From Azolla caroliniana (taxonomy: Eukaryota > Plantae > Polypodiophyta): a DNA stretch of 64,000 bases. The notes below the pieces were generated by a model. The model was given only the letters and a program-made list of their open reading frames with translations. It was not told the origin of the DNA and did not search any database. Below are positions 24,770-39,000 of this stretch, piece by piece. Location of the stretch: positions 18,476,001 through 18,540,000 of the forward strand of contig JBHGNT010000013.1 of the NCBI GenBank assembly GCA_043228905.1, given 5' to 3'. The translations under genes and the position numbers were made by a program. Position 1 is the first letter of the stretch. Every line of letters starts with the position of its first letter.

Positions 24770-25076
24770 CGCTGCTTCTCTGCAGAGAATCGATTGAAAT
24801 TTGAGTTTACTCAATTCATGAGAGTCTCCAGATGAAGTGTGTTTGTTTTTCGTCTTTAGAGTGTTGTAGGAAACAAAATCGAAGTGAAGTAAGTAATTCG
24901 CGTTTGTTTACTATAATAGAAAAGAGGGCACCTAATTTTGGAAAATAACGAATCTGTCCTCTCGCTCTCGGTGTGGCTAAAAAAGGACTCATTTTCTTGA
25001 AAATTCCCAAAATCTTAGTATCCATTGTCCACCTACAATTCAAAGGCCATGTAATATTTGAAATATGAAAATCAAG

Positions 25077-25113
<37 letters not shown>

Positions 25114-25559
25114 CCGAAGTTTGAAAGGAAATCTGATTTGACAGCCCTCGTGATCAAGTTCTAGAATCGCACCTTGTTCTCAAAGGAGTTGCCTTTAAAT
25201 ATCAACTCATCTTGAAGAAATTATGAGCTTTTTGTTTTGTCGTGTTGTTTAAAGGTAGAAACTACGAGAGAGAGAGAGAAAGAAAGAAAGAAATAGTAAT
25301 GTCTTCTAAGGCCAAAGTTAGCCCATGAGATAATTGGTTTACAACAAAATAGGGTGTTTACACAATCATCATCTTTAGAGAGAGAGAGAGAGAGAGAGAG
25401 ATCCTATTATCGTCTTTAGAGGTCAAATATGACACATGAGACATAAAATATTACATTTCACGTGATATATGTTCAAGAACTTAACCAATGAATGTTGCAA
25501 TTGAGAGTGCACATTGTGGTTATGAGAGAAATTTGTGCAAGGATTGGGCTTGGTTTGTT

Positions 25560-25592
<33 letters not shown>

Positions 25593-25666
25593 TAGTTTCA
25601 TTGCAAGTTAGTGTGAGTGATATTTTTCTTTCCTACTGAAAGCTACTTTTTTACGAAAAAGGGCAT

Positions 25667-25702
<36 letters not shown>

Positions 25703-27089
25703 GATTGCTTCCTTTGTATGCTTGAAGAATGAATAGATAGATTGTTGAATAATAGTTTGTTTGACTCTAGAGGGACACCATGTAAAGCCCAACCTTGAGG
25801 AACAGATAATTGTTAAATGTGCATGATTTGTACCAAAATGAAAAAGAGTCAACGTGCAACATCGAACCCAGTTGATCCAAATATGTACCCATGAATTTAT
25901 TCAATTTTAGAATTTCATTCAAGTAGCATCCTAAAACAATAGTTGATAATCTGAGTTCACATTTTCACTTCGTGCTTTAAATGTTCAAGCAATAGAAAGT
26001 GAATCACATCAACATGTTTTGCATTTGACATGCATTAACTCTAGAACTCAAAACAAATCGTCCCGATCCATTTGTTTGCCATTAACAAATGCATGAAGTA
26101 TACATTTTCATTTTTACATTCAGTTTGTCTATTCATTGAAGGATGATCGAGTGTATTCAATGACAATATTGTCTTCACATTTTGAACATCTCTGACTAGC
26201 AAATGGTCAGTAAACTTTAGTGATATGATAAACTTGGTTTTCTTAGTGGTGGCTATTCAATGGGTTTTCGATGGTTGGATGTCCACGAGTGTAAACTAGA
26301 AAAATGCATACTTAATTAGGTATTAAGGTGATCTTTTAACATGAAAGGAATTAGTAGTAAAGCAACCCAAGAAATAATACATTAAAAGTTAAACAATAGC
26401 ATTCACTGGGCAAATGTATTTAAGTGGTGCAATTGTGATGTGTGGCTGTTGATTGGTTAAATTTGGATCCCTCTATACTAGTATAAGAAATTGCTCTAAC
26501 ATTTACCTATTCTACGTCTAATTAATTTATACATAAATTTGTATCAAACTTTTATGTTAATTGTTGGTACCGTCAGACATTGTTGTTGACACATGCTTGT
26601 ACTCTTCTCTGTCATTCTATGCTATACATGGAATGTGCATAAGAGTTATTAGGCAAGGGTTCAAAGTAAAAACATTTGAGCTAGAACTCTATCCAAAGTG
26701 TTATGTCCTCCTTCCGGAAAGGATATATTTACTTTAAAATGATGCCCTCAACTTGTATTTACTAATCTAACCCTCGAGTAGGATGGTGTGTTGTGCATGT
26801 TAATCGTATGCATATTACGAAGAACAAAATAACCACTAACTAGATAAATAAAATAACCAATAGACCACAACAATGATACATAATGGCCATCAACACTTGG
26901 TGGCCATGGTGAGGCTTAACCAATAGAAGTAGAAGGTTTGTGTATGCTTAAATATTGGAATGAGACAACATCTATCAACAGACTAGGTATCAACAGACTA
27001 GGTACACATGCTTCTCCACAAACAAACAACAATGTTGGGAGGGAATATTAGAGTATCTAGTTAGAGAAGAAGCATGTAATCTTAGGCAA

Positions 27090-27760
27090 ACGTTTGAATC
27101 CCCACCTTTGGTGTGCTCAATGCTATGTTTAGCCAAATGTTCAATTGGAATTTATCTATGTAGGAGGCATACAACCCTTTTTACATAGCATGCCATCTCC
27201 TCCACAAGACATTGCCCCAACTCCTCCAATTTGAAAGAAGCAAACTTTTAAAAAAAATCTCGCATCAAGAAACCACCTTAGTACCCACTTGAACATGGCA
27301 AACTTCATCATCAAAATGCTTAATGCCATGATGAAAAGGCTTTTCTATTTGAACCACAACCAACTATTGAGCCACTTCAACATGCATGTATGGCCTCTCT
27401 CAAGGCCATCCCTCAATTGAAGCGCCAAGGTTCCACTAGGATGTGCGATTCATTATATGCCATGCAACAAAATGACATGTCACAATTTGCTGTCCAATTT
27501 GATCCCTTACAAACAAAAGGACAAGTCACATTGTATGTTTACGAACATGCACTTGAAAGCCTTAAGAACCATGCATGTCAAGCTTATGCCTTGATTAAAC
27601 CTGATCAATTATACCAACTTAAGATTCTCATGCATATCATTTATGGCATTCATAATTAATTTTGTTTGACTAGATCGTGGATAACGTTTTGAAAATTTTC
27701 ATCGTGATAGTTGGAGTTCTTGATCTTAATTAGATATAGGAACATCACATAGTTCATGAG
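27090..27760 (-). mobile_element. Decayed Ty1/Copia RNase H C-terminal remnant with PPT-like purine tract
   Basis: 'KPFHHGIKHFD' resembles the copia NPVFHGRTKHID motif (about 27310-27345); purine tract aaaggtggggga near 27100. Confidence 0.4.
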
Positions 27761-27864
27761 GAATACAATTTCTATTCAAATCTATAGAGGTTCATAATTC
27801 AAATATGTTACAACCAAAGAATGGATATTCAAGTGTTCAAGAATGCTTTGAATGATTTGTTCTT

Positions 27865-30302
27865 TTATTGGATCTGGGCAAGGGGAAAAAGAAATTCCTC
27901 AGCCATTCGTTTGCTCCACTGGAACAAAAAGCCCACAAAGAAAGTAATAAGCAAAAAATATACATAACCTGAGCATTATAAAAAAACTGAGCTTGCAATT
28001 CGAAGTTAACGAATCGAAACTTGAGCGAAGAAAAATGATATCTCAATGACTCTAAAAGACCAGAATGACCTATGAGAGCATACTAAAAAAGAGGCATGAT
28101 AAGTTACCTTCTCTCCGAAATACACTGAAAGGAACTTAATCGCCGGGTCACGATTGAAAGAATAAATATCATAGCCTGCTTGCTGCCTTTTCACATTCGC
28201 TTGAAAAGAAGGATCGTCTTGTGGATCTGATGACTCCAGTAAGTTCAAGTAGCTCATCACATAAGCTTTGTAGACTCTAAAGAATGATCCATCAGGAACC
28301 TATTTTGTGCAGAAAATTACCACTTCTTAATAGCTCATATATATCCTTTGATGTTCCAACAGGAAAAACATGAATACAAGTAATAAGCATAGATTTTATT
28401 ATGATCCTCAATACAATACAATACAAAGGTTATGTGGATAACTTTATTATTTCCTAACAATATTCCTAACTTTCTGTTATTTCCCAAACGCCCTTAGTTA
28501 GCCTGCAAAAGAGAAATTAGACATGCTACTTTGGGGGTTAACTAAGGGCATCAGAGAAATATTGAAGTTTTGAGAGAATTTTTTGAATCATTTTCTCTTC
28601 CCCAAATATTGCAATTTTGTGCTCTTTTCTAAGACCCCCTCCAGGTTGCTATTTTGCAAGGGATGCACAGCTGTCTTGAAAACAAATACTTATATTTGTC
28701 TCGTTCTCTTTATATGTTTGTGTCTGTGTTTGCGTCAGCATCTATCTATCATTGAATATGCATCATTATGAGTGTTTGTATGTTGGTATCAAAATCAGTA
28801 TTGGATTATTATGTGCATGCACATTTGCTGAAATCGATGATATGCTATGTTTTCTTCCAAAACCTATGTATATTCTCACAGAATAAATTTGTTTGTTACA
28901 AAGTGCACCTTTTTTTCATATCACAGAATCAATGAGGGTCTGGGATAAACTACATTACCTGCAATGCCGGATCGGCAGCTCCCTTATCCGAGCGGTAGAA
29001 GATCAACTCTTTTGAAAAGAACATGTCTTCATTGTAGATGTCTTTTGTCATTCTGCTGCAATATTCAGCAAACTCATTTCGAATCGGAGTCAGTTGAGAT
29101 GTATACTTCTCGAGATAATCTGGGCTCTGAGAAAGTGGTTGAAAATCAACAACACACAATATTTTCTGTTTGCCAAAAGAGAGAAGATCGATCCCTAATA
29201 AAGGCAAGTCAAATCTGCACATGCAAATCACGAGCCATGTCAAGATGCTTCAAACAAATTCCTGAATGAACTCCTACAAGGGGAAACGCATACACACACT
29301 TCTATATATACATTGATAATTTTTTCCTACTAGACAAATTCAAAAGCATATAGTAACAAAATTCCTAGCATATCTGCATGTCAGTTTAGAGACATAAGCA
29401 TGTCATCATGAACATAACAGACATTAAAGCCACACGTTTATGGCATGTTTCATGTCAATACAAAGTACTACACATCCCATAAAAAACAGAAACCAAGTCT
29501 ATATATAACACAAGGAAATATTTGCAAAAAAGAGAGCAAATGATAGAGCCAGGTAATAAGGAAACATACCTATGATGTGGATAAAGAAGGCTGTTGAATG
29601 CTTGGGCACCATTTCCTGCGTCGAAATACGTAAACCTAATACGGTGTAACCGATCACTTGAAAGTAACCAATTATGTATCTCAGCACCATCTCGACCCTT
29701 CTGGCTCTTCTGTAACCTTAATTCTCTATCTAAAGGTTCACATTTTAATCCTGTAGCTGACGTTGATAATGCACTCCATAAGAAGTCCATATATGGTCTA
29801 TAGAGAAGATGTGATTGTTTGTCTTGCGCTGCCTTCCCTAATTGCATTCCAGGTAGAAACTGCTAACGGTTTAGATCCATTTCTCTACTACAATGATCTT
29901 TTAGAGAAAATATAGTTGCTGATTTTTGTTGGATATATATATGAACACGAAATCATAGGCGAGAAAACAATTTTTTGGTAGAGTGTTAAAGTAATTATTT
30001 TCCAAAAACGATGCTTAGGAAAACCAGTGTTCAACAAAATGATAAAAACACAAATAGATTGATCACAGCTCTACTTCTGTTTCAGGATCAAGAAAAAAAA
30101 ATACAGATTTAGACAATACAGATGGTGGAAGGATAACGGTGAAAAGAGAATGGAAAACACTTACTGAAGCATCCAGATGATCCAAGTGTGGGTATGCATC
30201 ATTATGATGTGAAGAAGCACGAGGACGAAGGAAGTCTTTGGCGTTTTCTTTGCTATTGCGAAACACCCAGGGAGTATGAAAGGTTGCTTCCATGGCCACC
30301 AT
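27865..30302 (-). CDS. PUBS: Ferredoxin-dependent bilin reductase of the PebA/phycourobilin synthase type; 5 exons; probable plastid transit peptide
   Basis: Exons about 30302-30165, 29859-29570, 29214-28959, 28299-28108, 27918-27865. The spliced protein contains R.TYFDAG..AQ.FNSLLYP..., LPLLGIDLLSFG, VVDFQPL, FFSKEL, Q..YDIYS..RDPA..FL..YFG..W....AEEFLF. These are PebA-like signatures, unlike HY2 (PIFCANFF/VVLDLNPL). The start ATG could be 30293, 30302 or 30350. Confidence 0.85.
28468..28570. repeat. Imperfect foldback (MITE-like hairpin) in PUBS intron 3
   Basis: aactt...gcccttagttagcc..caaaa versus tttggggg.ttaactaagggc...aagtt are inverted partners. Confidence 0.55.
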
Positions 30303-33077
30303 TCCTTGAAGACAAGACGAGACAGGAACGTACGCAGAAGGGATGAGCATGTGAGGAACAGAACAGACAGGAAAAGAAAGAAAGAAAATCTAATCACAAA
30401 GTTCCCGATCAAATTACAAATTTACAATTATAATTTATAATGCAAAGTTCCCCAATCACATTACAAACATGAGGGCATTTTTGTTATTTCTCAGAAATTA
30501 GGGCAAATTAATTGTCGTGGTGGCTCAACAATCTAATCTCAATTCAAGTTAGTGGTTCGAAGAACATCGATTTCCATTTCCCAAGGTTAATTATGAGGAG
30601 TGCAAGAATGGGCCACTTGCTATATGGTTTCGAGCATAAACTTTGACAAGAAAACCATCGTGAGGAAAACCATGATTGCAGTTGCATGGGCTTTACACAT
30701 ATGAATGAGATATATAATGTACTTTTAAAATGATTATAGACATGTATTTGTGTGTTGTTATAATGATGACTCTAAGCACGAAATATTATGCATGCCTACA
30801 AAGTACACTATGGGGTATCAAACTTAGCCTCGTGCTCTTGGATTCATGCTAGGTAGGTAGTTACCAATGTCTATCTTCAGATAAGATAGTCAATTACGGA
30901 GGGGAACACTTTCCAAGTTTTGACATATTAATGTCAACTTATGAGGCAATATGTAACCCGATTATTTAGAGGGTGGTAAACCTCTCTTCTTTTCTGGAAA
31001 TTTGTTGCCTTTGCATTGCATTAAATGACCCGAGGATTATCTTTAAAGTAAAGATAATATTTTTCTCATATTTTGTCTCGAGTCAAAAGGGATTGAGCCG
31101 AGAGAAGTTGCAAACACAAAATCATTTAGTTTGTTCACTGGCTTCTATTTCAATCAAGAAAAGCTTAAAATAAATTTTTAAGTGAAAGAGGTTGGGATGG
31201 ACTAACCACAGGTTCACCATAGAGACAAGCAACAAACAATTTCCTCCAAGATATAATGATTGATCTATTCTTACTATCAACAATGTCCATCTCATCAAAG
31301 TTGATATGAATGGCAATAAATTGTGATTCAATGGAGCAATAATAATACCTATCGAAATTTAATATTTGGTAGATGATACGTCGCACATAAATGTGGTATT
31401 GTCGCAACATAAGGTGAAAAAGTTCAAAGTTAGTGGGTTCATGTAGAGCTTGCTGCACATATAAATTAGGAAAAACAAATCGATACATGCTAACTATACA
31501 AAATGGCCTATGACAAAAGATGTGAACATCATTGAAGATTTTTTTGTCATAATTAACATGGCACTTATAACAAATAGCTTTATAAATTTGACATGTCACT
31601 TCTAACAGGTCTCTTAAAGCAACAAGGAAAATTATATACCCTAGATGCCTACAAAGGGTGCTCATGTTCAAGAGTAGTTTGAAATCATTTGCTACATTTA
31701 ATTTTATTGTAGAGTTTGTTTGCCCTCTTTCAACATTCCCACATGGGCTTATTATTATTGCTGAAACTTAGATTAAAATTTGCACAAAAGAATAATGATT
31801 CTTATCTTAATTCCCAAGAAATAAACCAAATCTAAAATTTCTACTGCTTTGATGTGAAGACATAATGTTACACACAAGCTAACCTTAAGCAAGCATGATT
31901 AAGCCATGATTTTCAGATTCATACTTGTACCTAAATTGATGTATTATGTATCTCAAAGTAAATGTGTTGATAATTTTTTAACGATAAAACAAATGCCTTA
32001 TCAAATTGTCATTGTTTGAAACAGCATATCCACATCACAAGGACACATATGTTGATAGAGCATTGTATTTAGCTTCATTTTATATTGTCATAATTGGAAA
32101 ATATGTTAACCCTCATATTGATTGACTCAATGTGATGAAGAAATTCTATGCTTTCACACAAACTTCTATCAACAAAGAACACTTATACAACCTAACCTTA
32201 TAAATACATTAATATGGAGGAGCTCACAATATTAGTGACGCATTGTGTACTTTAGTTACTTGATTCAATTAATGAGTTACATTTCATTAGGGTGATCAGT
32301 ATCTAAATGGCAATTAAAAGAGTTGGAGTTAATCCCTCCCTAATCACAAAAAAATAAACAAAAGAATATATTATGGCCTCTTTCATTATGCCTTCCATTT
32401 TTGGGAGTACATTTGACAAGGGAGAGCATCTATTGTTCTTGATCTTCCATATGGTATCCAAATTATTTGGAAATATAAAATAGAAAAACAAAAGGATTCG
32501 CTATTCAAATTGCTATATGATACACTAATTTAGCTTTTTTTTATTCATCATACTACACAAACATAGTGTGCATGGCAATACGAAAGAGGGATGCAAGAAA
32601 GAAGTGTTTGTTTGAAGTGTAGCGGAGCGATTATTACTGAATAAGAACATTGAGAAACAAATAGAATGTGCTATTCAAACAAAACTTCCATCAATCAATG
32701 GTGTCCCATGATAAGCCATGGGTAGTCCTGAAAGTACAAGAGCTTACATGCTACGGAAAGATGCATGGAATAATGTGAGTTTTTGCAAAAATGCTTCACA
32801 AAAGAATTGTATCATTGCTCTATATGGTAACGAGAACCTTGATGTGGGCAGTGGGCGGCTGTGGGGGAAGTGGTCAGTGTTATTTACGGTATCCAACTAT
32901 AGTCCTCTTTAACAAGACCAAGATCCTTCACTGTAACTAGTTAGGAAACCCAAGGTCTTGTTTGTTAATGAGATCAACGAGACAAATCACTCCCCACCCC
33001 ATTTTTATTGTTTTAACTTGAGGTAGGCCATCTGAATGGCCTAACCCTTTATGATATGTGCATTTAATGTTGACAGA

Positions 33078-36000
33078 CTATGAAGTTGCCTCTCCTGATG
33101 TTGTTCCTTTTTCAAGTTTTTGAGATAGCTGGAAGGGTAGCCAAGTTGAACTGCCTTGACCTTTCACAAAATTTTCAAAATTTTCCTCTAATGCATGCAC
33201 CCTTGCTGCTATTTCCTGGCATGTTTAGCTCAAAACAAATCCCTTGACTATATGAGATATAAAGATCAAGACTCTAGCATAAAACAAAAAAGAATAAAGA
33301 AAATTCTAACCTCGAGCTCATTCTTTCTTGCCTCTTCTTTCCGAGCTTCTGATCTGGCACTTCTTTGAACTTCAAACAGTACAACAGCTGCTGCAACCTA
33401 TAACATAAAAAGTGAAAAAAAACAGGCCTTTAATAAATGTTTAACATGGTCTAGCATAAAATAAAATTACTATTGACACGATAAAACTTTGTGTGTTGAG
33501 AAGCAAGTATGACTGAAGTGGAGAAAGCACCGAGAATATTAGGATCTCTCCGAGAAGATCAGAAGCTGCCTGCACTGCTTTCTCTGGGTCCAAAGGTCGG
33601 ATCTCCACATTTGTCGCATGACCATATAGGCGTCTTTGTATAGTCACCGTAAACTTGTGATTTGCCTGTAAGACACATGAGTTCTTCCATCAATAAACAA
33701 TCTATCTATTTATCCATCAATACATTTGTCTGATGAAATGGAAACACCTGAAACAGAATGGATGCTCCACAATTACTGTAAAGTATCTGACAAGCATCAC
33801 ATAGCTTGAAAAAGAAGCACACACAATTTCATATATGCAGAAACAAAGAAAGAAATATTAATTTATTTTAAACGACCATAATGGTTTGTGAGGCTAAATA
33901 AGATATTGCATCTTAAACTGTTGTGTCAATATTTGACAACAAACCAAAACAGAGATATAACTAAATTACCAACACTGCCTAGGGTATCAGATAATCTTGT
34001 TAGCTACGGACTTAACATTATAGATGAACTGAAACTTCTGCCTTCAAGAGATTGCCAACATGGGGGGATCCACAATGGAAAAGTCACCAAAGCAAGCAAA
34101 TGGCTTTGGTTTGTCAATAACAGGAACTATAGGATCATGGTTAGATGTGCATGGCCTATGTGTGTGGCAGATTACTATTGCCCAATCTATTGTAGCCCCT
34201 TTCCAGTGTTGTGGTTGAGGCCCTACTTGTTACCCTTGATTGACTTGTAGCTTGAGAAGGATAGATGGAGCCAAAGAAAATTATGATGGTTCTTTGTTGA
34301 CGAGGTTTTGTGGTAGTATATTGTTGTCCACCAACTTCTCTCTTGCTTTCTAACAAAAATTGACCCAATCATCATTGGTCTTCGTATTCCATTACCTTGC
34401 AACGTCGGCCAAAGCCTTGTTTAGAGAGGTAATTGTGTCTTTTTATTTCATAAAATAGGGTACAATGGAAAACAACCTAGTCCTCTTATCCCACATCCTG
34501 ATTACAAGTAATGGGTTAATTCTTCAAATATTTGCATGCACATCTGCATGTCTCAACCTCAACTGACGTGAAGAGGTCTTGAGCTGCCCTATCGCACTAT
34601 AGATCAGATAATATAGATGTGTGTCCAAACAGAGGGCTTGATGCTGAATACTTCCTACAATGTATGTCAAAAGAGGCCACATAATAGGCCAGTTTCCTAC
34701 CAAAAATCACTACAGGTCTAATCTGGGTTTTTTCATTATCCAGTTTAATGATATTTGTTCAGATAACTCTATTATTTTCTACTTTGGTCATATCCCAGTG
34801 TGGGGAATCGAGACTAAATGGGCACAATTGAGCATGTGACTGGGCAACAATGGTTATATCCATGTTCAGCTAGCTTTTTTATGATGTATGTCAATCTTGA
34901 GTTCCTTTGCTTTGGGAGCTCTTACATTTGTTGCATGGTTATAATTGGAATACTGCCCAGTCACTAATGCGAATTTTTTGTGACAATGATCCGGACATTT
35001 ATGATAGACCAAGGCATCAACATAAAAATGCCTATGTGGATGATAACGGTCCTAATTGATGACCATGGAATGGGTAGGTTTCCTGATAATTGCTTAAAAA
35101 TGTTCAACATGTTTTTTCCCACTAACAATCTCCACAATGAGGCAACAAATCCTGGATGTGCCCTTACAACTTTGCTGAAGTGGAAATAATGTTTCATTTG
35201 GGCCATTTAATTTCCTTAAGATAACATTATACATATCGTAGTTTGCCACCAAAGAAGCTGCTTCTCTGGGGGTCTCTTCCTTCTCCTTGATGGCACTCAT
35301 GTCAAAGACATTGATGGCTCTCACTGTTTCTTAAAAGTTCTCTGTACGGTCTCCACCATTCATCTTTCTCTTTTCCAGCAATTTCCTCTTGTTTTCGGGG
35401 TACAATGTGTTTGGTCATCATCTTCAACATTATCCAGTTTCAATAATTAGGCTTTGGCTATGTTTAGAATACCAATGTTTGAGTGGATAGGCTACACACT
35501 CAAACACCTAGGGAAGAACTTTATGTTCCTAAAATATACCTGAAGTTCAATAATAATAATAAGTTCCTAAACTCTACACCCCTCACACCCAACTTGAAAA
35601 CTAAATTTACTATAACAAACACACATATCATTATACAACAACACACACAAGCACATATGCACATAGCGGCAAAATATTACTTAATACTAACTATACAAAT
35701 ATACATACTCACATTTACAAATCCACATTTGCACATTATCACACAGCTATAATCACCAAACAAACACAAACTTACACATGTAAGTGTGAACATACAACAT
35801 CACATAGAAGGTAAGAGGAGAAAGGCATAAACCAAACCTACTATTTCATCTATAATCCTAGCTCTAATACCATACTTCAATATAACTTATGTAGAAGGTC
35901 TCTAAAGCATAGTCATGTCGAGAAAACTGTTCGAAGGTGGCAGCTCCAGACCTGCACTCTCTTTCATCTTTATTATCTTTGTTCTACATTCTCTCTTCCT

Positions 36001-39000
36001 AGATTAATCTCTCTCTAGAACCTGCAACCCTTTAAATGCCTTCTCTCTCTAGAATCTGCAACGCTTTAAATGCCTTTTCTCTCTTCCACTTTTTCCAAGA
36101 TATTCCCTCTTATTCCTAATTTATTGTACCTGTTTGGTAGTACAAGAGTCATTTAGCTACCAAACAACCATTTCACCCACTTTCCCCAATTTTGTAATAA
36201 ATAGGCTATACCAGCCTCTTTTGTAAAGACTTTTACTTTTGTTGCTACTTAAAAACAAGCTCTACTCTTTGCAACCATTTTTCCTACTGCTGTCTAAGAG
36301 CCTTCTCACAGCTTGGCTGTGTCTATTTTGTTCTAACTGTTCTGATGCTGCTATTAACAGCTTTTCTCACATGGTATCAGAGCAGTGAGGTCTCCATATC
36401 CTTAGCCTGATTTTTTTTGCCAAAGAGCACACAGACCTATCTTCTTTTATCCCTCCCTCCCAACCCTATAGAGGAGGTTCTCTTAGCAGCCACACTCCCA
36501 ACCTACAGAGGAGGTTCTTCTTTTTTCTTTTCCCCTCATCTGAGCCTCGCCTAGCATCTAGGGGGGAGTAGAAAGACCATGAGCATCTACTTACAGCTGC
36601 TGCTAATAACAGCTTTTCTCAACAAGCACAGGGCTTAGGATGGCCACTGGTGTTATTGAACTTGTTGAGTATAGTTCGCAATGAACTATGATGTCAAACA
36701 TTGTGAAACCTTATATTTAATAATCTCTCAACTGTTATCATTTGATGATTCTATTTTTGTCTGTTCTTTCATCCTCATATTTGCTTACTTTATATATTTT
36801 AAGGTGATAATTCATACCTAAGACATCCATGCCATTGGCTTGGGAGAGCTGCTAACCTAGGTCCTAAGGTACAAATCTTCTGGTAGATAATTCATCCAAG
36901 AAAGGGGAGATGGGTGCCCCTTTCGAAACAAAAGCCTATTTTTGAGGTAGGCCTAATGCTACAACCGAGTTATATTAGACACAACACATGCAAGAATCAG
37001 GCACCTCGTGTTAAGTACATATTGTACGCTTCACTTCCCATGCCTTTCCAACAGCATCACAATATCATTGGTACCAAAGGAACAAGTCTACGGACAAGAA
37101 AAAGGGGGATGAGACATAAAAGGACGAAAGACAAAGACATATTGGCCAATATAGTATGAATGGGCCCACATAATGTAAAAGACCATAAAGACATTTGGTG
37201 GCTTTGGAATTTCTTCTTCATTTTTTCACTTTAGTCTAGAGCTTAAATCCTCTTAATCTCTCTCCCCCTCGTTTATATCAAAGAGCTTAAGTTGTAAGTA
37301 TTCTATCGTAAGTACTTAATGTATTTTGTATTAATATGGAATAATTTGATTCATCTAAGTGTGGTGTATTCTCCTATCATATTTTCTTGTTTCTTCTTTT
37401 GTTAAGTTTTTAGGATTGGGTATAATCATCTCTTAATTAAGTCAAGTATAGTTGAGAGATTAATGAGTAATTTCCAAAGTGGTTAGCACTTCTTTAGCAC
37501 CATTAAGAACAATTGACGGCCATTCTTAGCTGGTTTGCCCCCAAAAGGGTAGACATCGGCTTGAAACCCCTGCACAACCTCGATGTGAGAGAACTTTGCT
37601 GAGTAAGAAGTGCACTCCAGGCAACAACACCTCATGAACAACATAGATAGATTACAGATAGAGGCAGTTTTCACACCTTCAGCTTTTCTTTTACATTTCA
37701 CCCTAATAACATTAACCCCAATAGATAGATTACCTTCCTCAAAAGTGATTAAACCCCTTTAATAGACCCCAATCCCCTTCTTATACATGACCCAGGGAAG
37801 GTGGATCCCCTTTCAAGCACCTTGGCTAGATCAACTGGGCATTGAGGCGCCACAATCACCACTCATGGCTCAAGTTTGCAATCTTCATTGATGATATGAA
37901 CTACATTTTTCACCTATTTGGTCATGGTATTAGTTTTCTGACGGAAGTTCACATGGTAAATGAACATTCAATGCTATGTTGATGCTTGACAATAACCATT
38001 TTAGATATAAATGTCTTGTAACCCCTTCCTCATATCCACATGAGCCCTGTTGTTTATCCTATAATCTCTTTCATGGTATCAAAATTCTCCAAAGTTTATC
38101 TCTTGGTGTGAGTGCTCCTTTGTTAATGTCAATGACGTTTCTTAATTTTGAAGAAAACAATTGTACGACATACATTTTATTTTCTTACAGTTGCACCATT
38201 GTTTTGAATGAATGGAGAGACCTTTAGAAATTCCAACTTCTTAATGTCTGGGTTTCGAAGTTGTAAAATGGCCACATATTCAGATGCTATTAATATTTCA
38301 AGGTATGTACATATTCAGATGCACCATCATTCCAAATGTGTTTGGAAAGATGTTCAAAAATGCCATCTATTTAATGTTTCAAGGCATGATACATTGACCT
38401 AAGATGACATTATCTTCAAGTGCTGCAATGAGGCCATTTACGTGTTAACAACAAATAATGGCCCAAATGGGACAAACAATTCTTTGATGGAAGAGGTTGT
38501 GGATGTTTCCTACATATATTCCCTCCGTTTGCAAAAGATTATATTTGTGGTATGGATAAACTGATTAGCATGGATGGTTGTGGCCCACTTATGAATGAAC
38601 AATGGATCTCATGGAAAACATTGCCTCTCTTCGAGTTGTGACTATAGTCGAAACATTCATGATTGCATGGCATTGAGTTGAAAAGTGCACATCTTGAGAC
38701 TTCTCTGGAGTACAGTCCAAAAATGAATCATGGAAATGATAATGAAGGCATATTCATTGTGTGCCTTCCAACTTGCATCCATCACAAATAAGTGATGCCA
38801 AATTTCATGAATGGCCACATGAACTCTTTGTTGATTACAATGCAATATAAGAGTGCTATAACTTGCTCACAGATCTAGGCCGACAAAAAAATGTTCTAAA
38901 TATATGAGGAAATTATCGCTCGTCTACTGATACAAACTGTTACCTCTAAGTTCCCACTTTTCGATACTTAATGTCTTTCAGCTATCATTTTCCCATTCCA

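Noticed and set aside
27865-30302. Horizontal transfer of cyanobacterial pebA, for example from a symbiont
   Set aside because: The gene has four spliceosomal introns and a probable transit peptide; vertical inheritance of the green-lineage PUBS clade is the simpler explanation.
30500-32300. 168-aa ORF at 31165-31671 and surrounding probable transposase debris
   Set aside because: No motif could be identified with confidence; likely a decayed DNA transposon but not supportable by eye.
37850-38900. Possible second hAT transposase remnant in OPA3 intron 1
   Set aside because: Only faint motif resemblance; needs a profile search.
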